Positions 1-10,767 are shown, numbered from the stretch's first letter. The stretch: 47,623 bases of DNA from Deltaproteobacteria bacterium (GCA_016208235.1 JACQYN010000021.1:1-47623); one strand, 5' to 3'. Notes: generated by a model not told the origin, from the letters alone. Translations and numbers: made by a program.

Positions 1-725
1 AACTCCTTCTGGAATTGGCCGAGGCGGGTTTCAATCAAAGACCGGCTGAGATTCAGCGAGGTCTTCAAAATCGAGGACGCAGCCGTAGTTTCCCGATCGA
101 GTTTCTTCAAGTCCACCAAAACCCCCACCATTAAAACCGGGGCGCCTCGGGGCCGGACGGTGATAGGCACCAGAAAGCCATAGTATTCGGATGAGGAGGT
201 TTTAGGCAGTGTAACTTCACAGATGTTGGGGACCCATTTTTTCCTGGTGGCCAGTTCCGTCGGGGGCTGGGCCAGAGTGGGGCATTGCCACAGGCTCTCC
301 ACCTCCTTCTCGGCGAAGGGGATGCAGCAATTAAGCAAAATCTTGCGATGCTGGGGGTCCAGGAGAAAGGTCGTCCCCACGCTCCCCACCGGCTGCACCG
401 CAATCTGGCGAAATTCCGTATCCGCCAACACCTCTTCCCAAGGAGTGGATTGATTAAGGACTAAAAAGAGGGACAACTCCTGGGCCACATCCAGGGCCTT
501 CTGGCGCATCTGGCTGCGCACCAGGTTGTGCTGTTCCTCATGGAGTCGCATTCCTTCCCTGGCCTTGATATTTTCCAGGGAACGGTCAAAGTCGCCTTTC
601 AGTTGCCGGGAGAAAAAGCCAACCCCCAGGATGAGGGTGACCAGGGGGAGGAGCCAACCCACTATGCCCAAAAGGAGAACGCGAAATTTAAAGGTTTTGG
701 TTAAAGGAACCTGCAATTTAGTCAT
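1..725 (-). CDS. N-terminal part of a membrane-anchored sensor protein (TM helix plus Cache-like extracytoplasmic domain); runs off the left edge
   Basis: Read by hand (absent from the ORF track because it has no stop): ATG at 725, MTKLQVPLTKTFKFRVLLLGIVGWLLPLVTLILGLAFFSRQLK...EFRQIAVQPVGSVGTTFLLD...LMVGVLVDL, open to base 1. The output domain is not visible. Confidence 0.7.
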   Translation of the reverse strand, partial: MTKLQVPLTKTFKFRVLLLGIVGWLLPLVTLILGVGFFSRQLKGDFDRSLENIKAREGMRLHEEQHNLVRSQMRQKALDVAQELSLFLVLNQSTPWEEVLADTEFRQIAVQPVGSVGTTFLLDPQHRKILLNCCIPFAEKEVESLWQCPTLAQPPTELATRKKWVPNICEVTLPKTSSSEYYGFLVPITVRPRGAPVLMVGVLVDLKKLDRETTAASSILKTSLNLSRSLIETRLGQFQKE

Positions 726-890
726 TAACGGTTACTCTGAATTGCCGCTCTTCGGTCAACGCCATTACGCCCCCGTCTCGGTCCACCTGGCCGTTAAAAA
801 CATATCTTCCCCTGCCCGCGAAATAGATATATTTCCCTAAGGGCGCCACTCTCTCCACCTTCTCCTGTCAGAAACTTCCCGAACCACATT

Positions 891-1910
891 TTACTGGCTT
901 TCCTGATAAAAATGATGCGCCTGGCAAACCAACCGCCTGGGCAACAAAAGACCCAGTTCCTGGGCTACTTTCAGGTTAATGGTCAGCTTCTTGATTTGGG
1001 GAGACTCGGGCGGCACCTGGTCCAGGGGCACCCCCTTCAACACTTGGGCGGCCTGCCGCCCCGATTGGCGGCCCATGTCCATAAAGTCACAGTGATAGGC
1101 CAATAGGGGGCCATGAGCCACGGAATGACCGTCCGGCACCATCACGGGGATAGCGGCCTGCAAGGCGGCATCGCAAATAAGCTTCAGGTTCTTGGGTTTC
1201 CTAAGCACCGGATCGAAGGGGATTAACAAGGCTTCGATTCCTTGGTCGATCAGATCCGTGAGTACCTGGTGCAGAGGTTCGGGACGATCGTCTGGAACTG
1301 TGCGGGAAAAGGGAATGAGACCTATTTTCGGGCTCTCTGTCTCTGTGGCCTTGCCGCACGCCACCGCCTGGGGGGTGGCGGTGCAGAAAAGGATTCCCAG
1401 CCGTTTTAATCCTGGCCGAGCTAAAAGTAAAAACCGTAATTGCTCCAAAACGGGAACTTCCGCACTGGTGCCCGTAAAGCGAATAGCCTCGGGAGGAGCC
1501 GGGCGGGAAAGACCGGTGGCGTCGGGAAAGCCCACGTTTGTGTAAACTATGGGGATCTGGCTGTTCCGGGTGACTTCCAAAGCAATCAAAGTGGGCACCG
1601 TGCCCACGGTGATGAGCAGGCGAATCCCCTTTTCCTGGAATTCCCGGGCCGCGGCCGCGGCTTCATCCCTTTCCCCCCGGACGTTCCTTATTTCCAGGCG
1701 GATATTGAGCCCGTCCTGGTAGCCTTCCTCCCGCAGCCCCTCCATCACCCCCTGGGTGCTGTCTTCAAAACTTTTAGGCTCACTTACCCACTGGATTACC
1801 CCCACCAGAGGGAGATGGGGGAAAAGCACCTGGTGGCCCACATAAATCCCGGAAAGAACCAGGATCAGGCCCAGAACAATGCGGATGGAATATTGGCGCC
1901 AAAGGTTCAT
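891..1910 (-). CDS. ABC transporter substrate-binding-like protein (ABC_sub_bind type)
   Basis: N-terminal hydrophobic segment; family-like motifs GLREEGY, LITVGT, IPIVY, GRQAAQVLKG, INLKVAQELGL. Confidence 0.85.
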   Translation of the reverse strand: MNLWRQYSIRIVLGLILVLSGIYVGHQVLFPHLPLVGVIQWVSEPKSFEDSTQGVMEGLREEGYQDGLNIRLEIRNVRGERDEAAAAAREFQEKGIRLLITVGTVPTLIALEVTRNSQIPIVYTNVGFPDATGLSRPAPPEAIRFTGTSAEVPVLEQLRFLLLARPGLKRLGILFCTATPQAVACGKATETESPKIGLIPFSRTVPDDRPEPLHQVLTDLIDQGIEALLIPFDPVLRKPKNLKLICDAALQAAIPVMVPDGHSVAHGPLLAYHCDFMDMGRQSGRQAAQVLKGVPLDQVPPESPQIKKLTINLKVAQELGLLLPRRLVCQAHHFYQESQ

Positions 1911-2145
1911 TTTAGACCAATCCTCAACTAGTTATCGATCCCAGTGATATTTTTCTTTAATGAAATTTCTTAAACTTATGAACTAAATGGTGGGCAAGTA
2001 TCTTACATTTTGATTAATTCAAACATCAGGGGCTCCACACGGTATAGTATAAACAGAATTTTAAGTAAAACTCAAAATATTCCTTATAGCTTGAAGGCCA
2101 AACAGGCCTATGGTAAAATTTCGTACGGGGGAGTTAAAGCTTCAG

Positions 2146-3309
2146 ATGGTTAATCTGGGGGAACTGCGCCAAATTCTTGACCGCCAGGAGGAATCCTGGC
2201 TTTCCCTCTATGCCACGCGCAGCACCCAGGCCATCCGGCGGCGCTTTGAAGAGCGCATCGCCGAGGGCCACCGGCAGAACTTTGCGGTGGACGCGGACCG
2301 CATCCTCCATTCCCGGGCCTATACCCGTTATATCGACAAGACCCAGGTCTTTTATCTCATCGACCATGAGCACATCAGCCACCGGGTCTTGCACGTGCAG
2401 CTCCTCTCCAAGATCGCCCGCACCATCGGCCGCTTCCTGCGCCTGAACGAGGACCTCTTGGAGGCCATCGCCCTGGGCCACGATATCGGCCATCCCCCCT
2501 TCGGCCACGACGGGGAGCGCATCCTTTCCGCCATCTGCGAATCCCAGGGCATAGGTCCCTTTCTCCATAGCCTCCAGGGGGTATGGTTCCTGGAAAAGGT
2601 GGAGAAGGGCGGCCGGGGGCTCAATTTGACCCTCCAGGTTCTGGACGGCATTCTCTGTCACGATGGGGAGACCCACCTGGAGCGCCTGGCCCCGGACCGG
2701 GAAAAGACCTTTGCCCATCTGGAGGAGGAGATGCGCGCCAAGCTGGCCGACCCCCGGATCCCCCTCAAGCCCATGACCCTGGAAGGCTGCGTCGTGCGGC
2801 TGGCGGACACCATCAGTTATATCGGCCGGGACCTGGAAGACGCCGTTACCCTCAATCTGGTGCAGCGGGAGGAATTGCCCGCCCTGGTCGTTCAACGCCT
2901 GGGCCGCACCAATGGGGCTATTGTTTACAGCCTGGTGGCCGATCTCATCACCCACAGCTTTGAAAAGAATTACGTGGGCTATAGCCCGGAGGTGGGCCAA
3001 GCCCTGAAATCTCTGAAGGCCTTTAATTACGAGCGTATCTACAATAATCCCCGGATTAAGGCGGAAACCCCCAAGATCGAGGGCCTCTTTGACTCCATGT
3101 GGATTCGCTTCCTGCAGGATGTCCGGGAGCGCCGACTTGAATCCCCCATCTGGCGGGATTTTTTGTCCTTCATGGACCCCGTTTATCTGGAAAATCAACA
3201 GCTTCCGGAGATCGTCCGGGATTTTATCGCCTCCATGACTGACGCCTATTTCCTCAGGCAGAGCGCAGAGCTTTTCTTTCCCCAGACCATGCCCGGGAGG
3301 TTCGCTTGA
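2146..3309 (+). CDS. dgt: HD-domain deoxyguanosinetriphosphate triphosphohydrolase-like protein
   Basis: DADRILHS, KTQVF, HR..H, ALGHDIGHPPFGHDGE, ADTISY..RDLED, DFIASMTD motifs. Start ATG 2146 chosen (alternative 2110). Confidence 0.85.
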   Translation: MVNLGELRQILDRQEESWLSLYATRSTQAIRRRFEERIAEGHRQNFAVDADRILHSRAYTRYIDKTQVFYLIDHEHISHRVLHVQLLSKIARTIGRFLRLNEDLLEAIALGHDIGHPPFGHDGERILSAICESQGIGPFLHSLQGVWFLEKVEKGGRGLNLTLQVLDGILCHDGETHLERLAPDREKTFAHLEEEMRAKLADPRIPLKPMTLEGCVVRLADTISYIGRDLEDAVTLNLVQREELPALVVQRLGRTNGAIVYSLVADLITHSFEKNYVGYSPEVGQALKSLKAFNYERIYNNPRIKAETPKIEGLFDSMWIRFLQDVRERRLESPIWRDFLSFMDPVYLENQQLPEIVRDFIASMTDAYFLRQSAELFFPQTMPGRFA

Positions 3310-3317
3310 GGCCGGAT

Positions 3318-4079
3318 ATGCGCCTGATGACCTTCAATCTCCGGTTTGCCACGCCCATAGACGGCCCCAATGAATGGGAGTACCGTAAAGAGTTGGTAGT
3401 GGAGATCATCCTGGCCCACGGCCCCCACCTTCTGGGCACCCAGGAAGGCACCGTGCCCCAGTTGGAGTATCTGGCCCCGCATCTGCCCAATTATAAGCCC
3501 CTGATCGCCCACCGCCAGATTGACCCCACCTGCCAGTATCCCACCATTTTTTACCGGGAAGACCTGTTTCGGGTGGCGGATTCCGGGGAATTCTGGCTGT
3601 CCGAGACCCCCACGATGCATCGCAGCAAGAGCTGGGACAGCGCCTTCCCCCGCATGGTCACTTACGGCCTTTTCCAGGAGAAAACGCGGGATTTGTGGTT
3701 TTACTTCATCAATACCCATCTGGATCACATCTCCGCCCTGGCCCGCCTGCAGGGAGCCCGGATGATCCGGGAGCATTTCTTCCCCCGGCAGAAGCCGCTG
3801 ATTCTCGTGGGAGATTTTAATGAGCCGCCGGACTCCCCGGTTTACCGGGAATTCCTGGACGGCGACGGCCTGGTGCAAGATACCTGGCGGGCCCTTTACC
3901 CCCCCGGAGTGGAAGCCACCTCCCAACACAATTTCGACGGCATTCCCCGGGGGAGCCGCATTGACTGGATTTTGGTATCACCGCCTTTCAAGGTCAAGGA
4001 AGCCTTGATGGTTACCGATAATCAGAAAGGGCGCTATCCGTCCGACCACTTTCCCTATGCCGTAGAGGTGGAGTATTAA
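3318..4079 (+). CDS. Endonuclease/exonuclease/phosphatase family protein
   Basis: MTFNLR, GTQE, NTHLDH, GDFN, RIDWI, PSDHFP motifs. Confidence 0.9.
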   Translation: MRLMTFNLRFATPIDGPNEWEYRKELVVEIILAHGPHLLGTQEGTVPQLEYLAPHLPNYKPLIAHRQIDPTCQYPTIFYREDLFRVADSGEFWLSETPTMHRSKSWDSAFPRMVTYGLFQEKTRDLWFYFINTHLDHISALARLQGARMIREHFFPRQKPLILVGDFNEPPDSPVYREFLDGDGLVQDTWRALYPPGVEATSQHNFDGIPRGSRIDWILVSPPFKVKEALMVTDNQKGRYPSDHFPYAVEVEY

Positions 4080-4080
4080 G

Positions 4081-5064
4081 ATGCTTGGACTGGTATTATC
4101 GATCTGTCTTTGCTGTCTGGCCGCGGCGGCTACGGCCGGCGCGAACATCACGGAGGTCAACCTCTACCAACAGCTGGCCGGGTGCGAAGAGCAGTACCTG
4201 GTGGAAAAACGGATCACCGTGGACCGCCTGGCCCAGGAGAAGGGATTGCGCTGGCCCGTGGTAGTCAGACAAAATAATCTGAAAAAACCCTATCGCTTGA
4301 AAAAGGGCATGACCCTGAAAATCGACAACACCCACGTTGTGCCCGACGATTTGAGCCACGGCCTGGTCATCAACCTGCCGGAGTTGAACCTCTACTATTT
4401 CAAGGATGGCGCGTATCAGCGGCGCTATGCCCTGGCGGTGGGCAAGCCTTCCTGGCCGACCCCCACCGGGAACTACAAGATCAACGACAAACGCAAGAAC
4501 CCCACCTGGAACGTCCCGGAGTCCATCCAGGAGGAAATGGATGAAGAGGGTTATGAGGTGGTGGAAAAGGTGCCGCCCGGGCCCAAAAATCCCCTGGGGA
4601 AGTTCTTTATGGGCACCACCGCCGACGGGGTGGGCATCCACGCCACCAACCGCCCCTGGAGCGTGGGCTACTACGTCTCCCATGGTTGCATTCGCATGCT
4701 CCCCGATGAAATCGAGAAGCTCTTCCCCCAGATCCCCATCGGGACGCCGGTGAAGATTATTTACCGGCCCATCAAGATGGCTCTCACCGCCCAGGGGCGC
4801 ATCTTCCTTGAAGCCCATCCCAACATTTACCAAAAGAAGATGAAACCCCTGGCCCTGGTGAAGGACTTGGCCGGGAAAAACCGGCTGGAGGACCGCATCG
4901 ACTGGGACCTGGTGGCCAAAGTCCTGAAGACCCGGGAAGGCGTCGCCCGGGACATCACCAAAGACCCGCCGGAGGCCAAAGCCACCACCACCGCCACTCC
5001 CGCCCCTCGCCCCCAGGAGAATACCCTTTTCCCTTTACAGGGGAAAGAAGCCAAGTTAGAATAG
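4081..5064 (+). CDS. L,D-transpeptidase (ErfK/YkuD family) with LysM-like N-terminus
   Basis: Signal peptide; INLPEL.LYY, WPTPTG, GPKNPLG and catalytic IHATN...SHGCIRM. Confidence 0.9.
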   Translation: MLGLVLSICLCCLAAAATAGANITEVNLYQQLAGCEEQYLVEKRITVDRLAQEKGLRWPVVVRQNNLKKPYRLKKGMTLKIDNTHVVPDDLSHGLVINLPELNLYYFKDGAYQRRYALAVGKPSWPTPTGNYKINDKRKNPTWNVPESIQEEMDEEGYEVVEKVPPGPKNPLGKFFMGTTADGVGIHATNRPWSVGYYVSHGCIRMLPDEIEKLFPQIPIGTPVKIIYRPIKMALTAQGRIFLEAHPNIYQKKMKPLALVKDLAGKNRLEDRIDWDLVAKVLKTREGVARDITKDPPEAKATTTATPAPRPQENTLFPLQGKEAKLE

Positions 5065-5094
5065 GTCCCTGCTGACTTTTGCGGGAGAAGACCG

Positions 5095-5355
5095 GTGCCG
5101 GACAAGGATACCCCCCCGGAGCGCCTGCAGGCCCTGCGGCAAGAGAACCGGAATCTGCGATTTCTCCGGTTTCTGGTGGACCTGGCCCTGATGGAGATCC
5201 GGGCCGGCAGCTTCACCCTGGATGAAGCGGAGAAGGTGATGGAGAATGTCCGCAGCCAGGCCCTGCAGCTCTTCCCCGGCAAAGAAACGGCCTTTGACTG
5301 GATCTACCGGCCCCGGTTCCGCCGGGCCATCACCGAAACCTTTAAACTCCATTGA
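5095..5355 (+). CDS. Small helical hypothetical protein
   Basis: 86-aa ORF with genome-typical codon style filling the gap in a co-oriented gene run. Confidence 0.65.
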   Translation: MPDKDTPPERLQALRQENRNLRFLRFLVDLALMEIRAGSFTLDEAEKVMENVRSQALQLFPGKETAFDWIYRPRFRRAITETFKLH

Positions 5356-5370
5356 CAGAGGACGGAAAAG

Positions 5371-5895
5371 ATGCGCTTGAGCCGCTTTAGTCGAATCGTG
5401 CTGGGCATGCTGATCGTGCAGGGATTATTGCTGGCGGGTACGGGCCTGGCCCAGACCCAGAAGCCCGCTTGCGGTCCGGATCACGCCATCCTCTACAAGA
5501 GGGCGGTGGGCTTGTTGGATAAGGCGGAGAAGAAACTGGCCGCCAAATACACTGCGGAGGCCAAGTCCCTGCTGAAAGAGTCCAATTCTCTATTCACCAT
5601 CCTGGTGAAGGAGTGCGGTCCGGAACAGAAAGCCCGGACCTTGACCCCCCAGGAGGAGCAGCAGGAGGCGGTGAACAAAAAGCTGGCCGCGGATGAACTG
5701 GTCCAGGCCGAGCGCCTGGAAAAATCCGCCGCGGAAAAGCTCAAGAAGAGCGACCAGACCGCCCAGCAGGAGCTCGCCGTAAAATACGCCCGGGAGGCCA
5801 AGGGGGAATCCGAACTGGCCCAGGTGCGCTCCATCAAAGCCGGCATTTATTCCCTTCGCAATCAGCAGATGATCTTCCGGTTCCTGGCGAAATGA
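5371..5895 (+). CDS. Exported alpha-helical hypothetical protein
   Basis: Signal peptide (..LAGTGLA/QT), K/E/A-rich helical body, purine-rich RBS region upstream. Confidence 0.7.
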   Translation: MRLSRFSRIVLGMLIVQGLLLAGTGLAQTQKPACGPDHAILYKRAVGLLDKAEKKLAAKYTAEAKSLLKESNSLFTILVKECGPEQKARTLTPQEEQQEAVNKKLAADELVQAERLEKSAAEKLKKSDQTAQQELAVKYAREAKGESELAQVRSIKAGIYSLRNQQMIFRFLAK

Positions 5896-5932
5896 TCGTC
5901 TGCCCCTGCCCGGTCGCCACGGGAGCGGGAAT

Positions 5933-6580
5933 TTGCATCTAAGCGTCACTGCCGAACAGGTGGGTCCCCTGGCGGTCCTCACTTATCTGGTGGCCTACCC
6001 GGAGACGGGCGAGGCTCTCCTGATCGATCCCGGCGGCCCGGCCCCGGCCTTGGCTACCCAGCTCCAGAAAAACGGCTGGCGGCTGAAGTGGATCGTTAAC
6101 ACCCACGGCCACGCAGATCATATCGCCGGCAACGACCGCTGGGCCGCCCGAACCGGAGCCCGGATCGTCATGCACCGCCTGGATTGGGAGTTCTTCAGCC
6201 GTCGGGAGATGCAAGACGCGGCTCTATCTGAGGGTTTTCCACCTTTGACCCGGGTGGATCTGCCGGTGGAAGACGGCATGCGGCTCCCCCTGGGCCGGGT
6301 GGAGGCCGTGGTCTTGCACACCCCGGGGCACACCCCCGGCGCCATCTGCCTTTACTTTCCCGGCCACCTGTTCACCGGGGATACCTTGTTCGTGGACGCG
6401 GCCGGACGCACCGATCTGCCGGGGGGGTCCCTGGAAGAATTAATCCAATCCCTCCAGGACAAAATCATGCCTCTGCCGGATGAAACCCGCATCTGGCCGG
6501 GCCATGATTACGGAGAAACTCCCACCTCCACCCTGGGCCGGGAGAAGTCCACCAACCCTTATCTCACCGATTTTTTTTAA
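5933..6580 (+). CDS. MBL-fold metallo-hydrolase (glyoxalase II-like)
   Basis: THGHADH, HTPGHTPG, FTGDTLF, GRTDLPGGS, PGH motifs. Confidence 0.9.
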   Translation: MHLSVTAEQVGPLAVLTYLVAYPETGEALLIDPGGPAPALATQLQKNGWRLKWIVNTHGHADHIAGNDRWAARTGARIVMHRLDWEFFSRREMQDAALSEGFPPLTRVDLPVEDGMRLPLGRVEAVVLHTPGHTPGAICLYFPGHLFTGDTLFVDAAGRTDLPGGSLEELIQSLQDKIMPLPDETRIWPGHDYGETPTSTLGREKSTNPYLTDFF

Positions 6581-6663
6581 ACAGCCCTCAGTGCCGAAAG
6601 CCCCTCCCCAGAGGCCGGTCCGCCCCGCTCTGATGAGCCACGAAAATTTTACGCCTTGATATT

Positions 6664-9600
6664 TCAAGGGTTTTTCTGTAGGTCACCATGCCCCAGAGGG
6701 TTGTCCGCAGCATTCTCTGAGGGAGACTGTTGTTGCCCCGGGGTGTTGGACTCCGGCAGATATACAGTCACCCGGGTGCCTTTGTGGGGCTCGCTGTCGA
6801 TGACGATTTCTCCCTGGTGCGCTTGGATGATTTTCTGAGAAATAGCCAGCCCCAGGCCGCTTCCCTTGGGCTTGGAGGAAAAGAAGGGCTGGAAGATTTT
6901 TTCCTGAACCTCCGGCGGGATTCCCACTCCAGTATCGCTAATTTGCATAAATATCAGGCCTTCCCGCCGACCGGTGGTAATGGTCAGGGTCCCCCTGGTC
7001 TCCATGGCCTCAATGCCATTCTTGGCGATATTCAGGATCACCTGACGCAGATGAGCCGGGTCAAATTGCATCTCCGGGAGGTTGGGGTCCAATTCCAACA
7101 CCAACTCGATATTACTTTCCCGGAGACTCGGTTCCAGGCGCTGGCAGGTTTCCTGGATCAGGGCATTGAGATTTCCCATGGTCTTTTGGGGTTCGGAAAA
7201 TTTGGCATAGCTGCCAACCTCAACCAGGAAATCTTCCAGCCGTCTGACTTCATCCACGATAATCTGAAGCTTTCCCAGGTTTTTTTGCGGGTCCTGAGCA
7301 ATATCTTTCAGAACCTGGCGGGCAAATCCCCCGATGAGCATTAAGGGGTTTTTAATTTCGTGACTAATGTGGGCCGCCATCTTGCCCAGGATGGCCAGGC
7401 GTTCACTCCGTAAGAGTTCATCCTCCATACGTTTCCGTTCCCGCAGATCTTTAAAATGGCCGATCATGCCGATTTCCCGGTCGTTTTCTTTAAGCACCCG
7501 CGCGGAAAGCCAGATGGGCACCAAAGCGCCATCCTTATGTCGCATCCACGTTTCATAATTCTCGAGGATGCCCTCTCCACCGTAGAAAGAATCGCGGATT
7601 TTAGTGTTGATTTCCTGGAGTTGGCCCGGTGCATAGATTTCCTTGACATTCACTTTGCCCATGACTTCTTTCGGTTCATAACCGAGGATTCTGGCGGCTG
7701 TGTCATTAAAGGTGCGGATCACACCTTCCATGTCGTGGGCTACGATTCCGTCCATACAGGTATCGATCAACAGGTGTTGAAAGTAAATGCCGCGCTCCAC
7801 CTCGGCGGTCAATTCCTCTTCGGCTCGCTGGCGCTTGATCTGCGACCACATGCCGTTCATCAATAAAGTCAACTGCCGGACGTCCGATTCATCATAATCC
7901 TCATCCTTGTTTCCCACACCCGCCACCGCCACTATGCGGGCACCGTCAAAGACCGGGATGTTCAGGTGGCGCCGGATTTCCACATGCCCTGCGGGGTAGC
8001 CTTTCTTATAGGGGTTGGGGGCGGCATAATCATTGGTAATAATGGGCCGCCGCTGCCGCACGGCTTCACCCCAGAGCCCGGTGGTCTCCAGGGGATAGAT
8101 GAAAGGCTTATCAGTAATGGCGCATTCCTCCATGGCCGTCTTGGACCAGGCTTGCATCGTCAGAACGGTCTCCTCCTCATTCATGAAAGCCAGGTAACCG
8201 ATCGTGCTTTTGGTCAGCCGGACCCCTTCTTCCAGGGCGAAATCGGTAATCTCTTTGAGAGCTGCCTTGGTCATCTGGCTAATTTGCCATACCGCTTCGA
8301 GACGGGACTCATCAAGGCGCAGCGCCTCCTCCATGTTGGCGGTGCGCACTGCCAGTCCCAATTGCCCGGCCAGGGATTGAAAGAACTCCACGTGTTCTCT
8401 GGTAAAAAACCCTTTCTGGCTACTGGCCGCGGTCAAAACCCCGAGAGTCAGGGTTTCAGTAGTTATGGGCGCCAGCACCGCGGAGCCCATGGTTTCCTCT
8501 TTCAGAAGCCCCTGGAGACGATCCGCCACTTCCGAGGAATCCGTTACGGAAATCACCTGGGAGGTACGTAAACATTGCCCCAAAAAGGATTCCGGATCAG
8601 GTTTGACCACCATCTCCCGGGCCTGGGAGGGGAGACCCCGGAGACCTCTGATATGCAGGAAGCCTTCTTCATCTAACAGCCGCACGGCACATTTCTCCAC
8701 CCCCAGCTGTTCCCCCAGCACTCCCAACACACCTTCCAGGAGATCGGGAATATAAAGAGAAGAAGCTAACCTGCGGGCCGCTTCATAGAGCACCGAGAGC
8801 TCCGCCACGCGTCTTTTTAGTTGTTGTTCACTTTCCTCCAGGGAGCTGGAAATCCGACCGAAGAGATCAAAAACATCTTCCATCCGGGAACCCACTGAGG
8901 AGAAGTAACCTTCCACTATTACCCGGGCCGCCGCCGGGCCGATGGAGCCGGCAATGGTACGCTCTATAAAGCCTGCCAGCCGGAGCTTTTCCCGGTCCCC
9001 CCACTCGGATTCGGAAATCGCCACCTCCTGGAGAAAGGCCCGCTGCGCCTCTGCAGCCTTCCGGGGGCCGATGAGCTTCTCCATGAAGCTGGTCAAATGG
9101 TCCAGGCTGGGAAAATAAGTATAGCGTTTCTCTAAAGGCAGCTCTCTTTCCTGTTCAAAGACTTCGACAAAACGCCGGGACTGCTCCTCCTCCACCGGAG
9201 TGGGCACCGTTAGCAAGGAAACGCTTACAAAGGCGCCGGCATTGACTATCAGGGACCAGAAAAAGGCATGGGAGAGCTTATCCAGGCCGGTCAGGCCCAA
9301 AAAAGCAGTGGGATTAAGAATGGCCAGGCCGAAGGGGCCCGCATTTAAAATACTCTGAGGGAACCAGCCTGCTTCCACCAGATAGGGGAGGACCAGGGTA
9401 TAGGCCCAAAGGAAAAACCCTGACATCAATCCCGAGATCGCCCCCCAGCGGGTGGCTTCCCGCCAATACAGGGCCCCCAGCATGGCCGGCACCAATTGCA
9501 TCACCCCGCAAAAGGCGATCAGCCCGATATCCACCAGCATGACCGTAGGAAAGATCAGGTGATAACCGAAGTACCCTAAGAGAATCAACAACAGGATGGC

Positions 9601-10767
9601 GCCCCGTTTGATGGTCAACAGATGGGGAGTGATCCGCTCTTGCAGTCTTAGCCGAATGGCCAGAGGCATCACCAGGCTGTTGACGAGCATAGTGCTCACC
9701 GCGATGGAGGCCACCGCCACCATGGCGGTGGAGGCCGACAACCCTCCCAAAAAGACCAGCAAAGCCAGATAGGGATGCCCGGTTTGCAAAGGAATGCGGA
9801 GAACAAAGGTATCGCCTTGTTCCGGCGGCAGACCCAGCAGCAGTCCCCCGAAGGCGATGGGCAGGACAAACAGGTTTATCAACAGCAGGTACAGGGGAAA
9901 GAGCCAGATCGCGGTCAGAATATGCCTTTCTTCGGTATTCTCCACGACCGCCATGTGGAACATCCGGGGCAGAAAGTGAATGGCCCCCATCGCCAGGAGC
10001 GTGAGCACCAGGAGCAGGGAATAGCTGTTCTGAGGCCCGGTGTTCACCAGGAGAAGCTGCTGAAATTCGGGGCTCTGCTGGATACGCGTGAAGATTTCTC
10101 CCCAGCCCGGGAAAAGACTAAATGTCACCAGGATGCCTAAACTAAAGAAAGCCAGGAGTTCGATGAGAGACTCAAACACCACCACTGCCACCAGCCCTTC
10201 GTGGCGTTCTGTGGGGTCCAGATGACGGGCCCCAAACAGGATTCCGAACATGACCAGCAGCAAGGCCACATAAAAGGCGGTATCTTGATAAATGGGGATG
10301 GCAAGGGGAGGGGTAATTTCTTTATGAACCAGGATGTTAAAGGTGTCGGAGATGGACTTGAGCTGGAGGCTGATGTAAGGAGTTATGGCAAAAAGCACTC
10401 CCACGGTGGCGAGCGCCCCCAAAAAGGCCCCTTTGCCATAACGCAGCGTCAGGAAGTCGGACATCGTGGTCAGGTTGTTTTCCTTGCAGATACGTAAAAG
10501 CTTGCGCAAGCCAAACCACCAGGAAAAGGCGATGATGGTGGGGCCCAGATAGATGGTGAGAAAGGTCACGCCCGAGGTGGCTGCCTTGCCGACGCTGCCG
10601 AAAAAAGTCCAGGCGGTGCAATAAGCCGCCAGAGAAAGGGCGTAGATATAGGGATTGGCGATAATACTCTTGCCCCGGGCCCTTTGCCTGTCCCCATAAT
10701 ACGCAATGGCAAAGAGCATTAAGAGATAACCAAAGGCGGCGGCGGCTACCAGACCTGTATTGAGCAT
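6664..10767 (-). CDS. SLC5 symporter-STAC-GAF-GAF-PAS histidine kinase (CbrA/CrbS-like)
   Basis: About 13 TM segments with YALSLAAYCTAWTFFGSVG and PYISLQLK; STAC-like IERTIAGSIGPAAARVI; two GAF-like blocks; PAS; H-box SHEIKNPL; NIAKNGIEA, DTGVGI, FQPFFSSK, GSGLGL. Confidence 0.9.
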   Translation of the reverse strand: MLNTGLVAAAAFGYLLMLFAIAYYGDRQRARGKSIIANPYIYALSLAAYCTAWTFFGSVGKAATSGVTFLTIYLGPTIIAFSWWFGLRKLLRICKENNLTTMSDFLTLRYGKGAFLGALATVGVLFAITPYISLQLKSISDTFNILVHKEITPPLAIPIYQDTAFYVALLLVMFGILFGARHLDPTERHEGLVAVVVFESLIELLAFFSLGILVTFSLFPGWGEIFTRIQQSPEFQQLLLVNTGPQNSYSLLLVLTLLAMGAIHFLPRMFHMAVVENTEERHILTAIWLFPLYLLLINLFVLPIAFGGLLLGLPPEQGDTFVLRIPLQTGHPYLALLVFLGGLSASTAMVAVASIAVSTMLVNSLVMPLAIRLRLQERITPHLLTIKRGAILLLILLGYFGYHLIFPTVMLVDIGLIAFCGVMQLVPAMLGALYWREATRWGAISGLMSGFFLWAYTLVLPYLVEAGWFPQSILNAGPFGLAILNPTAFLGLTGLDKLSHAFFWSLIVNAGAFVSVSLLTVPTPVEEEQSRRFVEVFEQERELPLEKRYTYFPSLDHLTSFMEKLIGPRKAAEAQRAFLQEVAISESEWGDREKLRLAGFIERTIAGSIGPAAARVIVEGYFSSVGSRMEDVFDLFGRISSSLEESEQQLKRRVAELSVLYEAARRLASSLYIPDLLEGVLGVLGEQLGVEKCAVRLLDEEGFLHIRGLRGLPSQAREMVVKPDPESFLGQCLRTSQVISVTDSSEVADRLQGLLKEETMGSAVLAPITTETLTLGVLTAASSQKGFFTREHVEFFQSLAGQLGLAVRTANMEEALRLDESRLEAVWQISQMTKAALKEITDFALEEGVRLTKSTIGYLAFMNEEETVLTMQAWSKTAMEECAITDKPFIYPLETTGLWGEAVRQRRPIITNDYAAPNPYKKGYPAGHVEIRRHLNIPVFDGARIVAVAGVGNKDEDYDESDVRQLTLLMNGMWSQIKRQRAEEELTAEVERGIYFQHLLIDTCMDGIVAHDMEGVIRTFNDTAARILGYEPKEVMGKVNVKEIYAPGQLQEINTKIRDSFYGGEGILENYETWMRHKDGALVPIWLSARVLKENDREIGMIGHFKDLRERKRMEDELLRSERLAILGKMAAHISHEIKNPLMLIGGFARQVLKDIAQDPQKNLGKLQIIVDEVRRLEDFLVEVGSYAKFSEPQKTMGNLNALIQETCQRLEPSLRESNIELVLELDPNLPEMQFDPAHLRQVILNIAKNGIEAMETRGTLTITTGRREGLIFMQISDTGVGIPPEVQEKIFQPFFSSKPKGSGLGLAISQKIIQAHQGEIVIDSEPHKGTRVTVYLPESNTPGQQQSPSENAADNPLGHGDLQKNP

